In this document: positions 44,188 through 53,502 of the stretch, piece by piece | How the letters are laid out: each line of letters begins with the position of its first letter | Position numbering within the stretch: position 1 is the first letter of the stretch | Assembly: GCA_023410475.1 (NCBI GenBank) | Contig: JAEYPS010000029.1 | Coordinates: 24,849-88,848, forward strand | Direction of reading: 5' to 3' | DNA length: 64,000 nucleotides | Source: Bacillota bacterium | GTDB taxonomy: Bacteria; Bacillota; Clostridia; Christensenellales; SZUA-584 | Position numbers and translations under genes: made by a program | Notes under the pieces: generated by a model | The model's input: the letters and a program-made list of their open reading frames with translations, nothing else | Told to the model about the DNA's origin: nothing | Databases searched by the model: none

Positions 44188-44240
44188 CATTGTAATGTCA
44201 ATACGTGTTTGAATATTCTAATAACATTTATTCCTTGATT

Positions 44241-44269
44241 TTGACACGCATTTTTCGCGGGTGTATAAT
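44241..44269 (+). promoter_or_regulatory. consensus sigma-A promoter
   Basis: Perfect TTGACA-17 nt-TATAAT, about 230 nt upstream of the S41 protease start. Confidence 0.65.
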
Positions 44270-44501
44270 AACCAAAAGATTCAGCAGTAAACTTTACTGA
44301 CAGGCGCATAAGAAGATTGAAATGTGACGAGTCTTTTTAAGGCTTTTTGTTTATAAAGTATTTGTATGGCCTGCGCGGGATCTTAACGCCGGAGGTTAAG
44401 AGCGAGGATGGACTGCCTGCGCCTCAAGGTTTGCGCGCACAGTGAATATTCTGCTTAGCGGCACACATATTTATATACGTATGTGTTTTTGGAGGGATTT
44501 T

Positions 44502-45698
44502 ATGAGAAGAAAGTCAGTAATAATGCTGGCTGCAATAGTTGGGGTAATATCGTCGCTGATGACGATATTGGTGATGTCTGTGGTGTTCAGGCTCAGGCTG
44601 TTTCAGCTCGATCCGGACGTAAGGGCGCTGCCGATATCCGAGTTTACGCGCGTAGAGGATATAATCGACAACTACTATCTTCATGATTACGACATGGAGG
44701 TATTACAGTATGCGGGCTTAAAGGCGATGGTAGGCGCGCTGGGCGACCCTTACAGCGTATATTACACGCCCGAGGAATTTGCATCGTTCAAGCAGGACGC
44801 CTCGGGAGAGTACTACGGGCTCGGCATGGTTATCAGCATGGACGAAGAGAGAGGGCTCGCAAAGATTGAATATTTCTTTGAGGATTCTGCCGCCGAGAAA
44901 GCTGGCGTCAAAGCAGGAGACTATATAATCAGCATAGACGGCGAGGATGTTACAAACAGGACGCTTCAGGAGATAAGCATAATGTGCCTCGGGGAAAACG
45001 GCACCGCCATAAGGCTGGGCGTGCTGCGCGCAAGCGAGACTCTTGAATTTGAGATCGTTCGCAGAGCTGTCAACAAGGATATGCTGACATACAGGATGCT
45101 TGAAGGTTCCATAGGGTATATGCGTATAATCCAGTTCGGAGGGAACAGCGAGAAGCTCTTTAAAGAGGCTATGGACTTTTTTAAAGGCAACGGCGCGGCT
45201 GGAGTAGTTGTCGACCTTAGGGACAATCCGGGAGGGTATCTTGCAACGGTGGTGCACATGCTCGACGTGCTTCTTCCCGAAGGAACGGTGGTATATACCG
45301 AGGATAAAAAAGGGCTGAGGGAAGTTTGGGAAAGCGACAGCTCCAGCATAAACATACCGCTGGCGGTAGTGGTAAACGGCAATACCGCGTCTGCGGCTGA
45401 GATATTCGCGGGGGCTGTGCAGGATTTCGGATACGGCGTGGTCGTGGGCACAAAAACATACGGCAAGGGAGTCGTGCAGGTAGTGGTGCCTATACCGTCT
45501 ACGGGCGCGGGGCTCAAGATAACGACGTCGCAGTACTATACACCGAGCGGCAGGACGATAGACAGAAACGGCATATATCCCGACCATTATGTCAATATTC
45601 AGCGCGAGTTTCTGGAAGACCCTCAAAGCTATAAATTTGAGGAAGACGCGCAGATAAAAAAGGCTATAGAAGTGCTGGGGCATAACATTAACCAGTAG
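44502..45698 (+). CDS. S41 family C-terminal processing peptidase
   Basis: N-terminal TM, PDZ region and catalytic region VVVNGNTASAAEIFAGAVQD...KTYGKG. Start at MRRKSV after GGAGGG. Confidence 0.85.
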   Translation: MRRKSVIMLAAIVGVISSLMTILVMSVVFRLRLFQLDPDVRALPISEFTRVEDIIDNYYLHDYDMEVLQYAGLKAMVGALGDPYSVYYTPEEFASFKQDASGEYYGLGMVISMDEERGLAKIEYFFEDSAAEKAGVKAGDYIISIDGEDVTNRTLQEISIMCLGENGTAIRLGVLRASETLEFEIVRRAVNKDMLTYRMLEGSIGYMRIIQFGGNSEKLFKEAMDFFKGNGAAGVVVDLRDNPGGYLATVVHMLDVLLPEGTVVYTEDKKGLREVWESDSSSINIPLAVVVNGNTASAAEIFAGAVQDFGYGVVVGTKTYGKGVVQVVVPIPSTGAGLKITTSQYYTPSGRTIDRNGIYPDHYVNIQREFLEDPQSYKFEEDAQIKKAIEVLGHNINQ

Positions 45699-45833
45699 TG
45701 CGTTGCTTTTTAGTACGCGCAAGCTCTGTTATGCGCAAAAATGACTGACCCTTAGGGGTGTGGCTTTTTCACCGCAAATAGGGTATTATTTGTACGAAAG
45801 AAAAACGCTGCTGCAGAAGCTGAGGAGTAAGAG

Positions 45834-46745
45834 ATGTACGACGTTATCATAGCGGGCGCGGGCTCGGCCGGGCTTACCGCGGGAATATACGCAACAAGGG
45901 CGGGCTTGTCCTCACTGATAATCGAAAAGGTGTTTGCGGGCGGGCAGATCGCGAGGGCGCACGTCGTCGAGAACTATCCGGGGTTTCCCGAAAGTTTATC
46001 GGGAGCCGAGCTCGCGATGAAGTTCAAGGAACAGGCCGAAAGGCTGGGAGCCGTAATCGAGAACGCCGAGATAACGGATTTTGAGCTTGAGGGCGACGTA
46101 AAAAGAATTATAACCTCCGAGAAAACATACACCGCCAAAACGGTTATTCTCGCGATGGGGGCAAAGTATAAGTCTTTAGGGCTCAGATCCGAGAAAAAGC
46201 TTTCAGGTTCGGGCGTGTCGTACTGCGCGACGTGCGACGGCGCGTTTTTCAGGGGAAAAGATGTTGCAGTGATCGGCGGCGGAGATACCGCCATAGAGGA
46301 TTCGCTGTATCTAGCGCCCCTTGTGAATCATATATACGTAGTGCACAGGAGGGATGAGCTGCGCGCTCAGCAGGCGATTCAAAAGGCTGCGATGGCAAAC
46401 CCTAAGATAGAGTTCCTTTGGAACTGCGAGGTCGAGACCGTACTCGGGAAGTCTGTTGTGGAGGGCGTGCGCCTTAGAAACAACAAGACGGAGGAGCTTC
46501 GGGACATAAACGTTTCGGGGGTGTTCGTAGCGATAGGCATAAACCCCGAAACCGAGACGATAAAAGGTAAAGTAAATACGGATGAGTCGGGATACATTAT
46601 TACTGATGTCAAGATGAGAACGAACCTGCCGGGAGTGTTCGCGGCGGGCGACGTGGTTGCCAAACCGCTGCGCCAGGTTGTGACGGCGGCGGCGGACGGA
46701 GCGGTGGCTGTGTATTCCGCTCTTGAGTATATAAGGGAAAAATAA
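45834..46745 (+). CDS. trxB: thioredoxin-disulfide reductase
   Basis: 303 aa with GAGSAGLTAG FAD motif, redox CATCDG and GGGDTAIED NADPH motif. Confidence 0.95.
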   Translation: MYDVIIAGAGSAGLTAGIYATRAGLSSLIIEKVFAGGQIARAHVVENYPGFPESLSGAELAMKFKEQAERLGAVIENAEITDFELEGDVKRIITSEKTYTAKTVILAMGAKYKSLGLRSEKKLSGSGVSYCATCDGAFFRGKDVAVIGGGDTAIEDSLYLAPLVNHIYVVHRRDELRAQQAIQKAAMANPKIEFLWNCEVETVLGKSVVEGVRLRNNKTEELRDINVSGVFVAIGINPETETIKGKVNTDESGYIITDVKMRTNLPGVFAAGDVVAKPLRQVVTAAADGAVAVYSALEYIREK

Positions 46746-46780
46746 CCTCAGATTTTGAGGCGATACAGGACTATACCAGT

Positions 46781-46809
46781 TTGCATATTGGTATAATTGC
46801 GGGTATAAT
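46781..46809 (+). promoter_or_regulatory. sigma-A type promoter for glmM
   Basis: TTGCAT-17 nt-TATAAT, about 27 nt upstream of the glmM ATG. Confidence 0.55.
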
Positions 46810-46835
46810 ACAGTAGCCCGCTCGTGGAGGAAAAA

Positions 46836-48182
46836 ATGGGCAGACTTTTTGGAACGGACGGCGTCAGAGGCGTCGCCAATGAAAAGCTTTCGTGCGAGCT
46901 TGCGTTTAAGATGGGGCACGCGGGGGCCTATGTGCTGACGAGCAAGGTGCATAAGGCAAGAATACTGATAGGAAGGGATACGAGGATATCGGGGGATATG
47001 CTCGAATCCGCGCTCGTGGCGGGAATATGCTCGGCAGGCGCCGAGGCGATAGTAGCGGGTGTGATACCCACATCCGGTATAGCGTATCTTACAAGAGACT
47101 ACGGCGCGGACGCCGGCGTCGTGATATCTGCGTCCCATAACTCCTCGGAGTATAACGGCATAAAATTCTTCGGCCCGGAGGGCAGGAAGCTGCCGGACGA
47201 GATAGAGAACCGCATAGAGAGCATAATACTCGACGGCACCGAAGAGCTTCGGGCAAAGACGGGAGTGGATGTAGGCAGGAAGGTGAGCGCGCTCAACGCT
47301 CTCGCGGAATACAAGGAGTTCCTGCTGGCGTCAACGGAAACGAACCTAAGAGGACTCAAGATCGTGCTCGACTGCGCGCACGGGGCGGCATCGGTGGTGG
47401 GCCCGCGGGCGTTCAGGGAGCTTGGAGCAGAGGTCGTTCCCTACTACAACACGCCGGACGGCACGAACATAAACGACAACTGCGGCTCAACATATCCTCA
47501 GAAGCTAACGCAGCTCGTGGCGGAGCTTGGCGCGGACATGGGGTTCGCGTTTGACGGAGACGCCGACAGGGTGATAGCCGTTGACGAGCACGGCGTGATA
47601 GTGGGCGGCGACGAGATAATGGCGATATGCGCCCTCGACCTTAAAGAGAGAGGTGCTTTAAAGAAGAACACGCTTGTCTGCACCGTTATGAGCAACCTTG
47701 GCCTCGACATAGCTATGCGGGAAAACGGCATTAAGACCGTTAAGACGAAGGTGGGCGACAGGTATGTGCTTGAGGAGATGATGAAGGAAGGATATTCTCT
47801 CGGCGGAGAGCAGTCCGGCCATGTCATATTCCTCGACAAATGCACGACGGGAGACGGAATATTGACCGCGATACAGCTTGCCGCAATAGTCATGCGCAGC
47901 GGCAAGACGCTTTCAAAGCTGGCGTCCGCGGTCACGATATTGCCGCAGGTGCTTGTGAACGTGCGCGTCAAGGATGAGCACAAGGATCACATAATGGAGG
48001 ACGACCAGGTCAAGAAGCGCATAAAGGCGCTCGAAAAGCAGTTTCACGGTAACGGAAGGGTGCTGATAAGGCCCTCGGGCACAGAGCCTCTTGTTCGCGT
48101 AATGATAGAGGGGCAGGATAAAAGAGAAATAGAACGACATGCGGTGGAGATGGCTGCGGTCATCGAAAGCCGATTAGCATAG
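46836..48182 (+). CDS. glmM: phosphoglucosamine mutase
   Basis: MGRLFGTDGVRG N-terminus and phosphoserine loop VISASHNSSEYNGIKFF. Start after GGAGG. Confidence 0.95.
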   Translation: MGRLFGTDGVRGVANEKLSCELAFKMGHAGAYVLTSKVHKARILIGRDTRISGDMLESALVAGICSAGAEAIVAGVIPTSGIAYLTRDYGADAGVVISASHNSSEYNGIKFFGPEGRKLPDEIENRIESIILDGTEELRAKTGVDVGRKVSALNALAEYKEFLLASTETNLRGLKIVLDCAHGAASVVGPRAFRELGAEVVPYYNTPDGTNINDNCGSTYPQKLTQLVAELGADMGFAFDGDADRVIAVDEHGVIVGGDEIMAICALDLKERGALKKNTLVCTVMSNLGLDIAMRENGIKTVKTKVGDRYVLEEMMKEGYSLGGEQSGHVIFLDKCTTGDGILTAIQLAAIVMRSGKTLSKLASAVTILPQVLVNVRVKDEHKDHIMEDDQVKKRIKALEKQFHGNGRVLIRPSGTEPLVRVMIEGQDKREIERHAVEMAAVIESRLA

Positions 48183-48319
48183 CCGAAAACTCAGATTCAA
48201 AGTTCTTCTTTGTGGCTCTGGAAAGTTTTCGGGGCCATTCTATTGGGGAGTAATTGGGGTGGGAAACCAATAGACTCATGAAGTATTGCTTTGTGGGAGA
48301 TTAAAGGAGGACAAATATT

Positions 48320-50143
48320 TTGTGCGGAATAGTGGGATACGTTGGAGGCAGGGACGCCGTTCCGGTGCTGCTGGGCGGGCTTGCGAAGCTTGAGTACAGA
48401 GGGTACGACAGCGCGGGTCTCGCCGTCGTCAAGGACGGCGCTCTGATGGTAAAAAAGACAAAGGGCAGGCTTTCAGAACTTGTCGGGCTCGCGCAGGGAA
48501 CGCAGGCCCGGGATACCGTCGGCATAGGGCATACGCGCTGGGCGACGCACGGAGAGCCGTCATTCGAGAATTCACATCCACATACGAATCTTGCGGGCGA
48601 TATCGCCATAGTTCACAACGGAATAATAGAAAACTACATGAAGCTTAAATCCTGGCTTGCCGCCGAGGGCGCAGAGTTCGCGTCCGAGACGGACACAGAG
48701 GTCATCGCGCACCTTATAAACCATTATTATGAGGGCGATCTTTTAGATGCGGTGTTAAAGGCGCTGCCGAGGCTCGAAGGCTCGTACGCGCTGGGAGTTG
48801 TCTCTAACAGGCACCCCGATATGATAATAGCGGCGAGGAAGGACAGCCCGCTCGTTATCGGGCTCGGCGACGGCGAGAACATAATAGCGTCCGACATTCC
48901 GGCGCTGCTGGAATACACGCGCGACGTATACTTTTTGAACGACATGGAAGTGGCGGTCATTACAAAAGGAGCGGTCAGCGTTTACGACGAGTTCGGGGCT
49001 CCCACGGGCCACGAGTGCTATCACGTCGACTGGGACGTATCGAGGGCCGAAAAGGGCGGATACGAGCACTTCATGATAAAGGAGATCCATGAGCAGCCGC
49101 GCGCAATGGCAGACACGCTGTTCCCGAGGATAAAGGAAGGCGTTCTCGATATGTCGGAAGCGGGGATAGACGAAGCGCTTGCCAGCAGCATAAAGAAGAT
49201 AAACATCATCGCTTGCGGAACGGCGTATCACGCGGGCATGGTGGGCAAATATATCATAGAGGAGCTCGCGAGGATACCCGTGGAGGTGGAGGTCGCGTCC
49301 GAGTTCAGGTACCGCAACCCCATAATCGACCCTGGTCAGCTCGTGATAGTCATAAGCCAGTCGGGAGAGACGGCGGACACGCTTGCCGCCATGCGCGAGG
49401 CTAAAAAACGAGGAGCGAAAGTAGCCGCCGTTGTGAACGCGGTGGGCAGCTCTATAGCGAGAGAAGCGGACGCTGTGCTGTACACGCACGCCGGGCCCGA
49501 GATAGCCGTGGCTTCCACAAAGGCTTATAACACTCAGCTTATGGCTGTTTATATGATTGCGCTCGAGCTTGCGAGGCTGTCGGGCAATATGGACGCTGAG
49601 CGGTATGAAGCGTGTGTGAAGGGCTTATCCGAAATGCCCGTGCTTTTGAGCGGCGTGCTCGAAACGAAGGAGCTTATGCAGCGTACGGCCTACGAGCATT
49701 TTACGAAGAACAGCGTGTTTTTCATAGGCAGAGGGCTCGATTACGTGCTGTCTATGGAGGCTTCGCTCAAGCTCAAGGAGATATCCTATATCCATTCCGA
49801 GGCATACGCGGCGGGGGAACTCAAACACGGCACCATAGCGCTTATAGAAGAGGGGACGCTCGTTGTCGCTATAGCGACGCAGCAGAGGCTCTTGGAAAAG
49901 ACGGTGAGCAACATTAAGGAAGTGAAGGCGAGGGGCGCGCACGTTATGGCCGTGTGCTTTGAGGGCTGCGATAGGTTCGACGGGCTCGCGGACGAGGTGG
50001 TGCACCTTCCCAACACGGACGGGGTATTCGCTCCCATGCTAGCCGTAATACCCATGCAGCTATTCGCTTATTACATGGCGGTAGACAAGGGCTGTGACGT
50101 CGATAAGCCGAGGAATCTCGCGAAGAGCGTGACGGTGGAGTAG
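48320..50143 (+). CDS. glmS: glutamine--fructose-6-phosphate aminotransferase
   Basis: 607 aa. TTG start gives (M)CGIVGY with the Ntn Cys, followed by two SIS domains, ending ...KPRNLAKSVTVE. AAAGGAGG 9 nt upstream. Confidence 0.95.
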   Translation: MCGIVGYVGGRDAVPVLLGGLAKLEYRGYDSAGLAVVKDGALMVKKTKGRLSELVGLAQGTQARDTVGIGHTRWATHGEPSFENSHPHTNLAGDIAIVHNGIIENYMKLKSWLAAEGAEFASETDTEVIAHLINHYYEGDLLDAVLKALPRLEGSYALGVVSNRHPDMIIAARKDSPLVIGLGDGENIIASDIPALLEYTRDVYFLNDMEVAVITKGAVSVYDEFGAPTGHECYHVDWDVSRAEKGGYEHFMIKEIHEQPRAMADTLFPRIKEGVLDMSEAGIDEALASSIKKINIIACGTAYHAGMVGKYIIEELARIPVEVEVASEFRYRNPIIDPGQLVIVISQSGETADTLAAMREAKKRGAKVAAVVNAVGSSIAREADAVLYTHAGPEIAVASTKAYNTQLMAVYMIALELARLSGNMDAERYEACVKGLSEMPVLLSGVLETKELMQRTAYEHFTKNSVFFIGRGLDYVLSMEASLKLKEISYIHSEAYAAGELKHGTIALIEEGTLVVAIATQQRLLEKTVSNIKEVKARGAHVMAVCFEGCDRFDGLADEVVHLPNTDGVFAPMLAVIPMQLFAYYMAVDKGCDVDKPRNLAKSVTVE

Positions 50144-50236
50144 AATCCGATGACAAACTCACGTTTACAAAAATAAAAATGATAAATAGAATATATGAGC
50201 CTGTGAACATGGCGAGCAAAAATGGGGGTCAGGCTA

Positions 50237-51193
50237 ATGATACCTATAAAAGTAGACGAGCTAAAGAAACAGGATATAAAGAAGGCTATGGAGTTGTGGA
50301 CGCGGCAGTACGAGCTGTATTGCAGCGGCAAGCCCTCATATCCGTTATATTGGCGGGATAATACCGGCAGTATAGAGCGTTTGCTTGAAGGCATGTGCGA
50401 AGCTGGGTGCGCGTTTGCCGCCCGGACGGAGGAAGGGCTTGCCGGATATCTCGCGTTCTGGGAGGCACCGTTCCACGGGGAAAACACCGCATACTGCCCC
50501 GTATTCGCGCACGGGGTGCAGGAGGAGAACAGGGAGAGCGTGTACCTCGCGCTGTATAACCACGTTTCTCGGCTTTGGGTATCAAAAGATATATTCAATC
50601 ATATGCTGACGCTGTTTTATAACGACAAAGAGCTTATAAATCTTATTTTCGACCTTGGCTTCGGCTCTTACGTTATGGACGCTTTTTGCCTATCGTCGCC
50701 GAGCGGCGGAAACTGCGGTGTAAGGCGAGCGTTGCAGGCCGACGCTGACGCTGTTTATGAGCTCGCGGAGGAGTCGAGGCTGTATTATAAAGCGGCGCCA
50801 ATCTTCCTTAAGCGTGACGTTATTGAAAAAGAGGACATCGCGCGGCTCATAAACGAAGGTTTTGTATTTATTGCTGAAGCTGACGGAGAGGCGGCCGGCT
50901 TCATGAACGCAAGCGTAGCAAAGGAAGGCTATGCCGTAACGCTGGAAACGGAAGGCACTGCGCTTATAGACGAGATAGGGGCATATATAAGGCCGGAGCA
51001 CCGGGGCAGTGGAATAGGCGAGAGGCTTCTTATGGCAATCAAGGACTGCTGCGCGCGCGAAGGCATAGAGCGGATCCATGTCGATTTTGAGACCGCGAAC
51101 CCTTATGCCAACAGATTTTGGAGAAAGCATTTTGACCCTGTGCTGCTGTCCGTAAGGCGCGGCGTGAACAGGGATGTAAACGCCGTCGATTGA
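50237..51193 (+). CDS. two-domain GNAT family N-acetyltransferase
   Basis: 318 aa. The second half carries motif A (IRPEHRGSGIGERLLMAI). The first half is GNAT-like but degenerate. Confidence 0.7.
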   Translation: MIPIKVDELKKQDIKKAMELWTRQYELYCSGKPSYPLYWRDNTGSIERLLEGMCEAGCAFAARTEEGLAGYLAFWEAPFHGENTAYCPVFAHGVQEENRESVYLALYNHVSRLWVSKDIFNHMLTLFYNDKELINLIFDLGFGSYVMDAFCLSSPSGGNCGVRRALQADADAVYELAEESRLYYKAAPIFLKRDVIEKEDIARLINEGFVFIAEADGEAAGFMNASVAKEGYAVTLETEGTALIDEIGAYIRPEHRGSGIGERLLMAIKDCCAREGIERIHVDFETANPYANRFWRKHFDPVLLSVRRGVNRDVNAVD

Positions 51194-51370
51194 AAATCTG
51201 ACAGAAATATTTTTAGACTCGATGTAAAGATATCAGGACGCCGCTGGTATCTTTTTTCTGTGTGAAAAGGAAAACAGCGAAAATAATCGAATTATTAATC
51301 GGAGCCATGTTGATATTATTATTCGTATAAGCAACAGTTCAGCATGGATAAAACTTTTGAGGTGAATCAT

Positions 51371-52387
51371 ATGAAACTGAATCCAAAACAGCGCGTGTTA
51401 AGAAGACTGAACGGCGAACCGGTAGACAAGATTCCAAACCTTAATATCATTATGACATTCGCCGCAAGGCGGATGGGCGTCAAATACGGCGACTATGTGA
51501 GAGACTATAAGCTGCTTACCGACGCTAACATATACTGCTGCGAAACGTACGGCATAGATATGGTGAGCGCTATATCCGACTCTATGAGAGAAACTCACGA
51601 TTTCGGAGCGAGCGTGATCTTTCCGGAGGACGGCGTGCCCTATTGCAAGGAATATTTAATAAAGGATATAAAAGATATAAGCAGGCTGAAGCCCCGCGAC
51701 CCCGGAGAGGGAGAGAGGATGTCGGACAGGGTAAAGGCGGTGGAGCGCTATAAAGAGAAGGTCGGAGAGGAATATCCGATACTCGGCTGGGTAGAGGGCG
51801 CGTTCGCGGAGGCAGCGGACCTTCGCGGGCTTAACGATTTGATGATGGATATGTTCGATGAGCCCGATGCGGTCAAGGACTTGCTTGAGGTCTGCACGCA
51901 GCAGGCGATATTGTTCGCCGGGGAGCAGATAAAAGCGGGCGCGGACTTCATTGGCATAGGTGACGCTGCGGCGTCGCTTATAGGGCCTGTGGGGTACGAA
52001 GAATTCGCGCTGCCGTATGAGAAACGGATTGTCGACGCCGTACATAAGCTGGGGGCTAAAGCGAAGCTGCATATCTGCGGCAACATCACTTCAATACTCG
52101 ACATAATATCGGACAGCGGCGCGGATATGATAGACGTCGATTTTATGGTCGATTTTGCCGCGGCGAACAGCGCGTTTGCGGGCCGCAGCGCGTGCGGAAA
52201 CTTCAGCCCGGTGGAGGTGCTGCTGCAGGGAAGCCCGGAAACTGTAAAAGAGGCGGTCAAGATCTGCGTTAAGCAGGGCAACGAGCGCACGTTCATAGCG
52301 GCGGGATGCGAAGTGCCCATATTGACGCCTCCCGAAAACATGTCGGCTGTGCACGAGGCGCTTGTTGAACTGGCGCAGCAACAGTAA
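51371..52387 (+). CDS. uroporphyrinogen decarboxylase (URO-D) family protein, MtaA/CmuA-type methyltransferase-like
   Basis: 338 aa with H-x-C (KLHICGN) and a distal Cys (IAAGCEVP), as in zinc-dependent methylcobamide methyltransferases. Start after GAGGTG. Confidence 0.7.
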   Translation: MKLNPKQRVLRRLNGEPVDKIPNLNIIMTFAARRMGVKYGDYVRDYKLLTDANIYCCETYGIDMVSAISDSMRETHDFGASVIFPEDGVPYCKEYLIKDIKDISRLKPRDPGEGERMSDRVKAVERYKEKVGEEYPILGWVEGAFAEAADLRGLNDLMMDMFDEPDAVKDLLEVCTQQAILFAGEQIKAGADFIGIGDAAASLIGPVGYEEFALPYEKRIVDAVHKLGAKAKLHICGNITSILDIISDSGADMIDVDFMVDFAAANSAFAGRSACGNFSPVEVLLQGSPETVKEAVKICVKQGNERTFIAAGCEVPILTPPENMSAVHEALVELAQQQ

Positions 52388-52400
52388 CAAAGGGGCGCTT

Positions 52401-52952
52401 ATGAGGCGGGTCATAGAAACACAGCGGCTCTTGCTGAAAGCGCTTGATGAGTCTTACGCGCCGAGAGCGGCCGAATATCTTAAGCGCAACAAAGAGTTTC
52501 TTGAAGAGTGGGAGCCAAGGCGCGACGAGACATTCTATACTGAGGAGTATCAGCGCGGCGAGCTTGCGCGCGAGCAGGCCGAGATGGACGAAGGCCGGAT
52601 GCTCAAACTGTGGGTGTTCAAAAAGGGTGAAGATAATATAATAGGCTCGCTGACGTTCGGCAGCATCGTTCGCGGAGCGTTTCTGTCGTGCTTTCTCGGA
52701 TACCGTCTGGATAAAGACGAACTCAATAAGGGCTATATGACCGAGGCCATAAGGGCGGGCATAGGCGTCATGTTTGGGGAGTACGGGCTGCACAGGATAG
52801 AAGCCAACATAATGCCGAAAAACAAGCGCTCTTTAAGGGTTGCCGAGAAGCTGGGATTTTCTAACGAAGGTTATGCCAGAAAGTACCTTAAAATAAACGG
52901 AGTGTGGGAAGACCATATACATATGGTGCTGATAAACGAGGATATGGATTAA
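52401..52952 (+). CDS. GNAT family N-acetyltransferase (RimJ/RimL-like)
   Basis: 183 aa, ...GYRLDKDELNKGYMTEAIRAGI...HRIEANIMPKNKRSLRVAEKLGF. Confidence 0.8.
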   Translation: MRRVIETQRLLLKALDESYAPRAAEYLKRNKEFLEEWEPRRDETFYTEEYQRGELAREQAEMDEGRMLKLWVFKKGEDNIIGSLTFGSIVRGAFLSCFLGYRLDKDELNKGYMTEAIRAGIGVMFGEYGLHRIEANIMPKNKRSLRVAEKLGFSNEGYARKYLKINGVWEDHIHMVLINEDMD

Positions 52953-53116
52953 ACAAGGCTGTGCGGGTGCACGTGAAAGGCCGCTCCCTGCAGCAAGACT
53001 TTCTTTCGCATATCCTTTAGGGATACATTGCCAAAGATTGCTTTGCGGAACGACACGGGGGTCGTTCCCTACACAATTTACGGAAGATACAGAGGCCGTT
53101 CCCGTAATCCTAGTGT

Positions 53117-53368
53117 CTATCTGTCCATAGTCTCATATACGAACTTGTACATCTGGAAAAGCTCGTGGGCGGCGGAGTCGCCGATGTTTATGTCGGGGTG
53201 GTATTTCGCGCAGACGGCAGACCAGCCTTGCTCTGTTATCTCACGCTTCATGGCGTTGTAGCGCTCGAGATAGCCGAGGCGAGCGTTAGCTAGAGTAAGC
53301 TTATCCCGTATGTCCTCGAGGTTTGTCAATATATTTCCCGCTTGCTCAGCGTCAAGGTGAACATCCAT
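53117..53368 (-). CDS. small protein with a partial J-domain-like C-terminus (HPD motif)
   Basis: 83 aa with AAGGAG 7 nt upstream. C-terminus AKYHPDINIGDSAAHELFQMYKFVYETM resembles helix II-HPD loop-helix III of DnaJ J-domains. Confidence 0.5.
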   Translation of the reverse strand: MDVHLDAEQAGNILTNLEDIRDKLTLANARLGYLERYNAMKREITEQGWSAVCAKYHPDINIGDSAAHELFQMYKFVYETMDR

Positions 53369-53502
53369 AGCCAGACTCCTTTACATGTTTATCCGCAAAG
53401 CACTGCTATGGAGTATTTACACACGCGGGATATTTATGTAAATTATAGATGAAAAAGTATGGAAAATGCAAGCGCAGATATATATTTATGAGGTCAAAAA
53501 TC

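Noticed and set aside
48183-48319. Possible glmS ribozyme in the glmM-glmS spacer, expected upstream of glmS in many Firmicutes.
   Set aside because: The spacer is only ~137 nt. I cannot find the conserved core elements I remember (the AGCGCC...GGCG pairing at the cleavage site, or the GACGAGGA-type core). The two stems present (CCGAAAAC...GTTTTCGG and CTATTGG...CCAATAG) look like a glmM terminator or attenuator plus a simple leader. A covariance-model scan would settle it.
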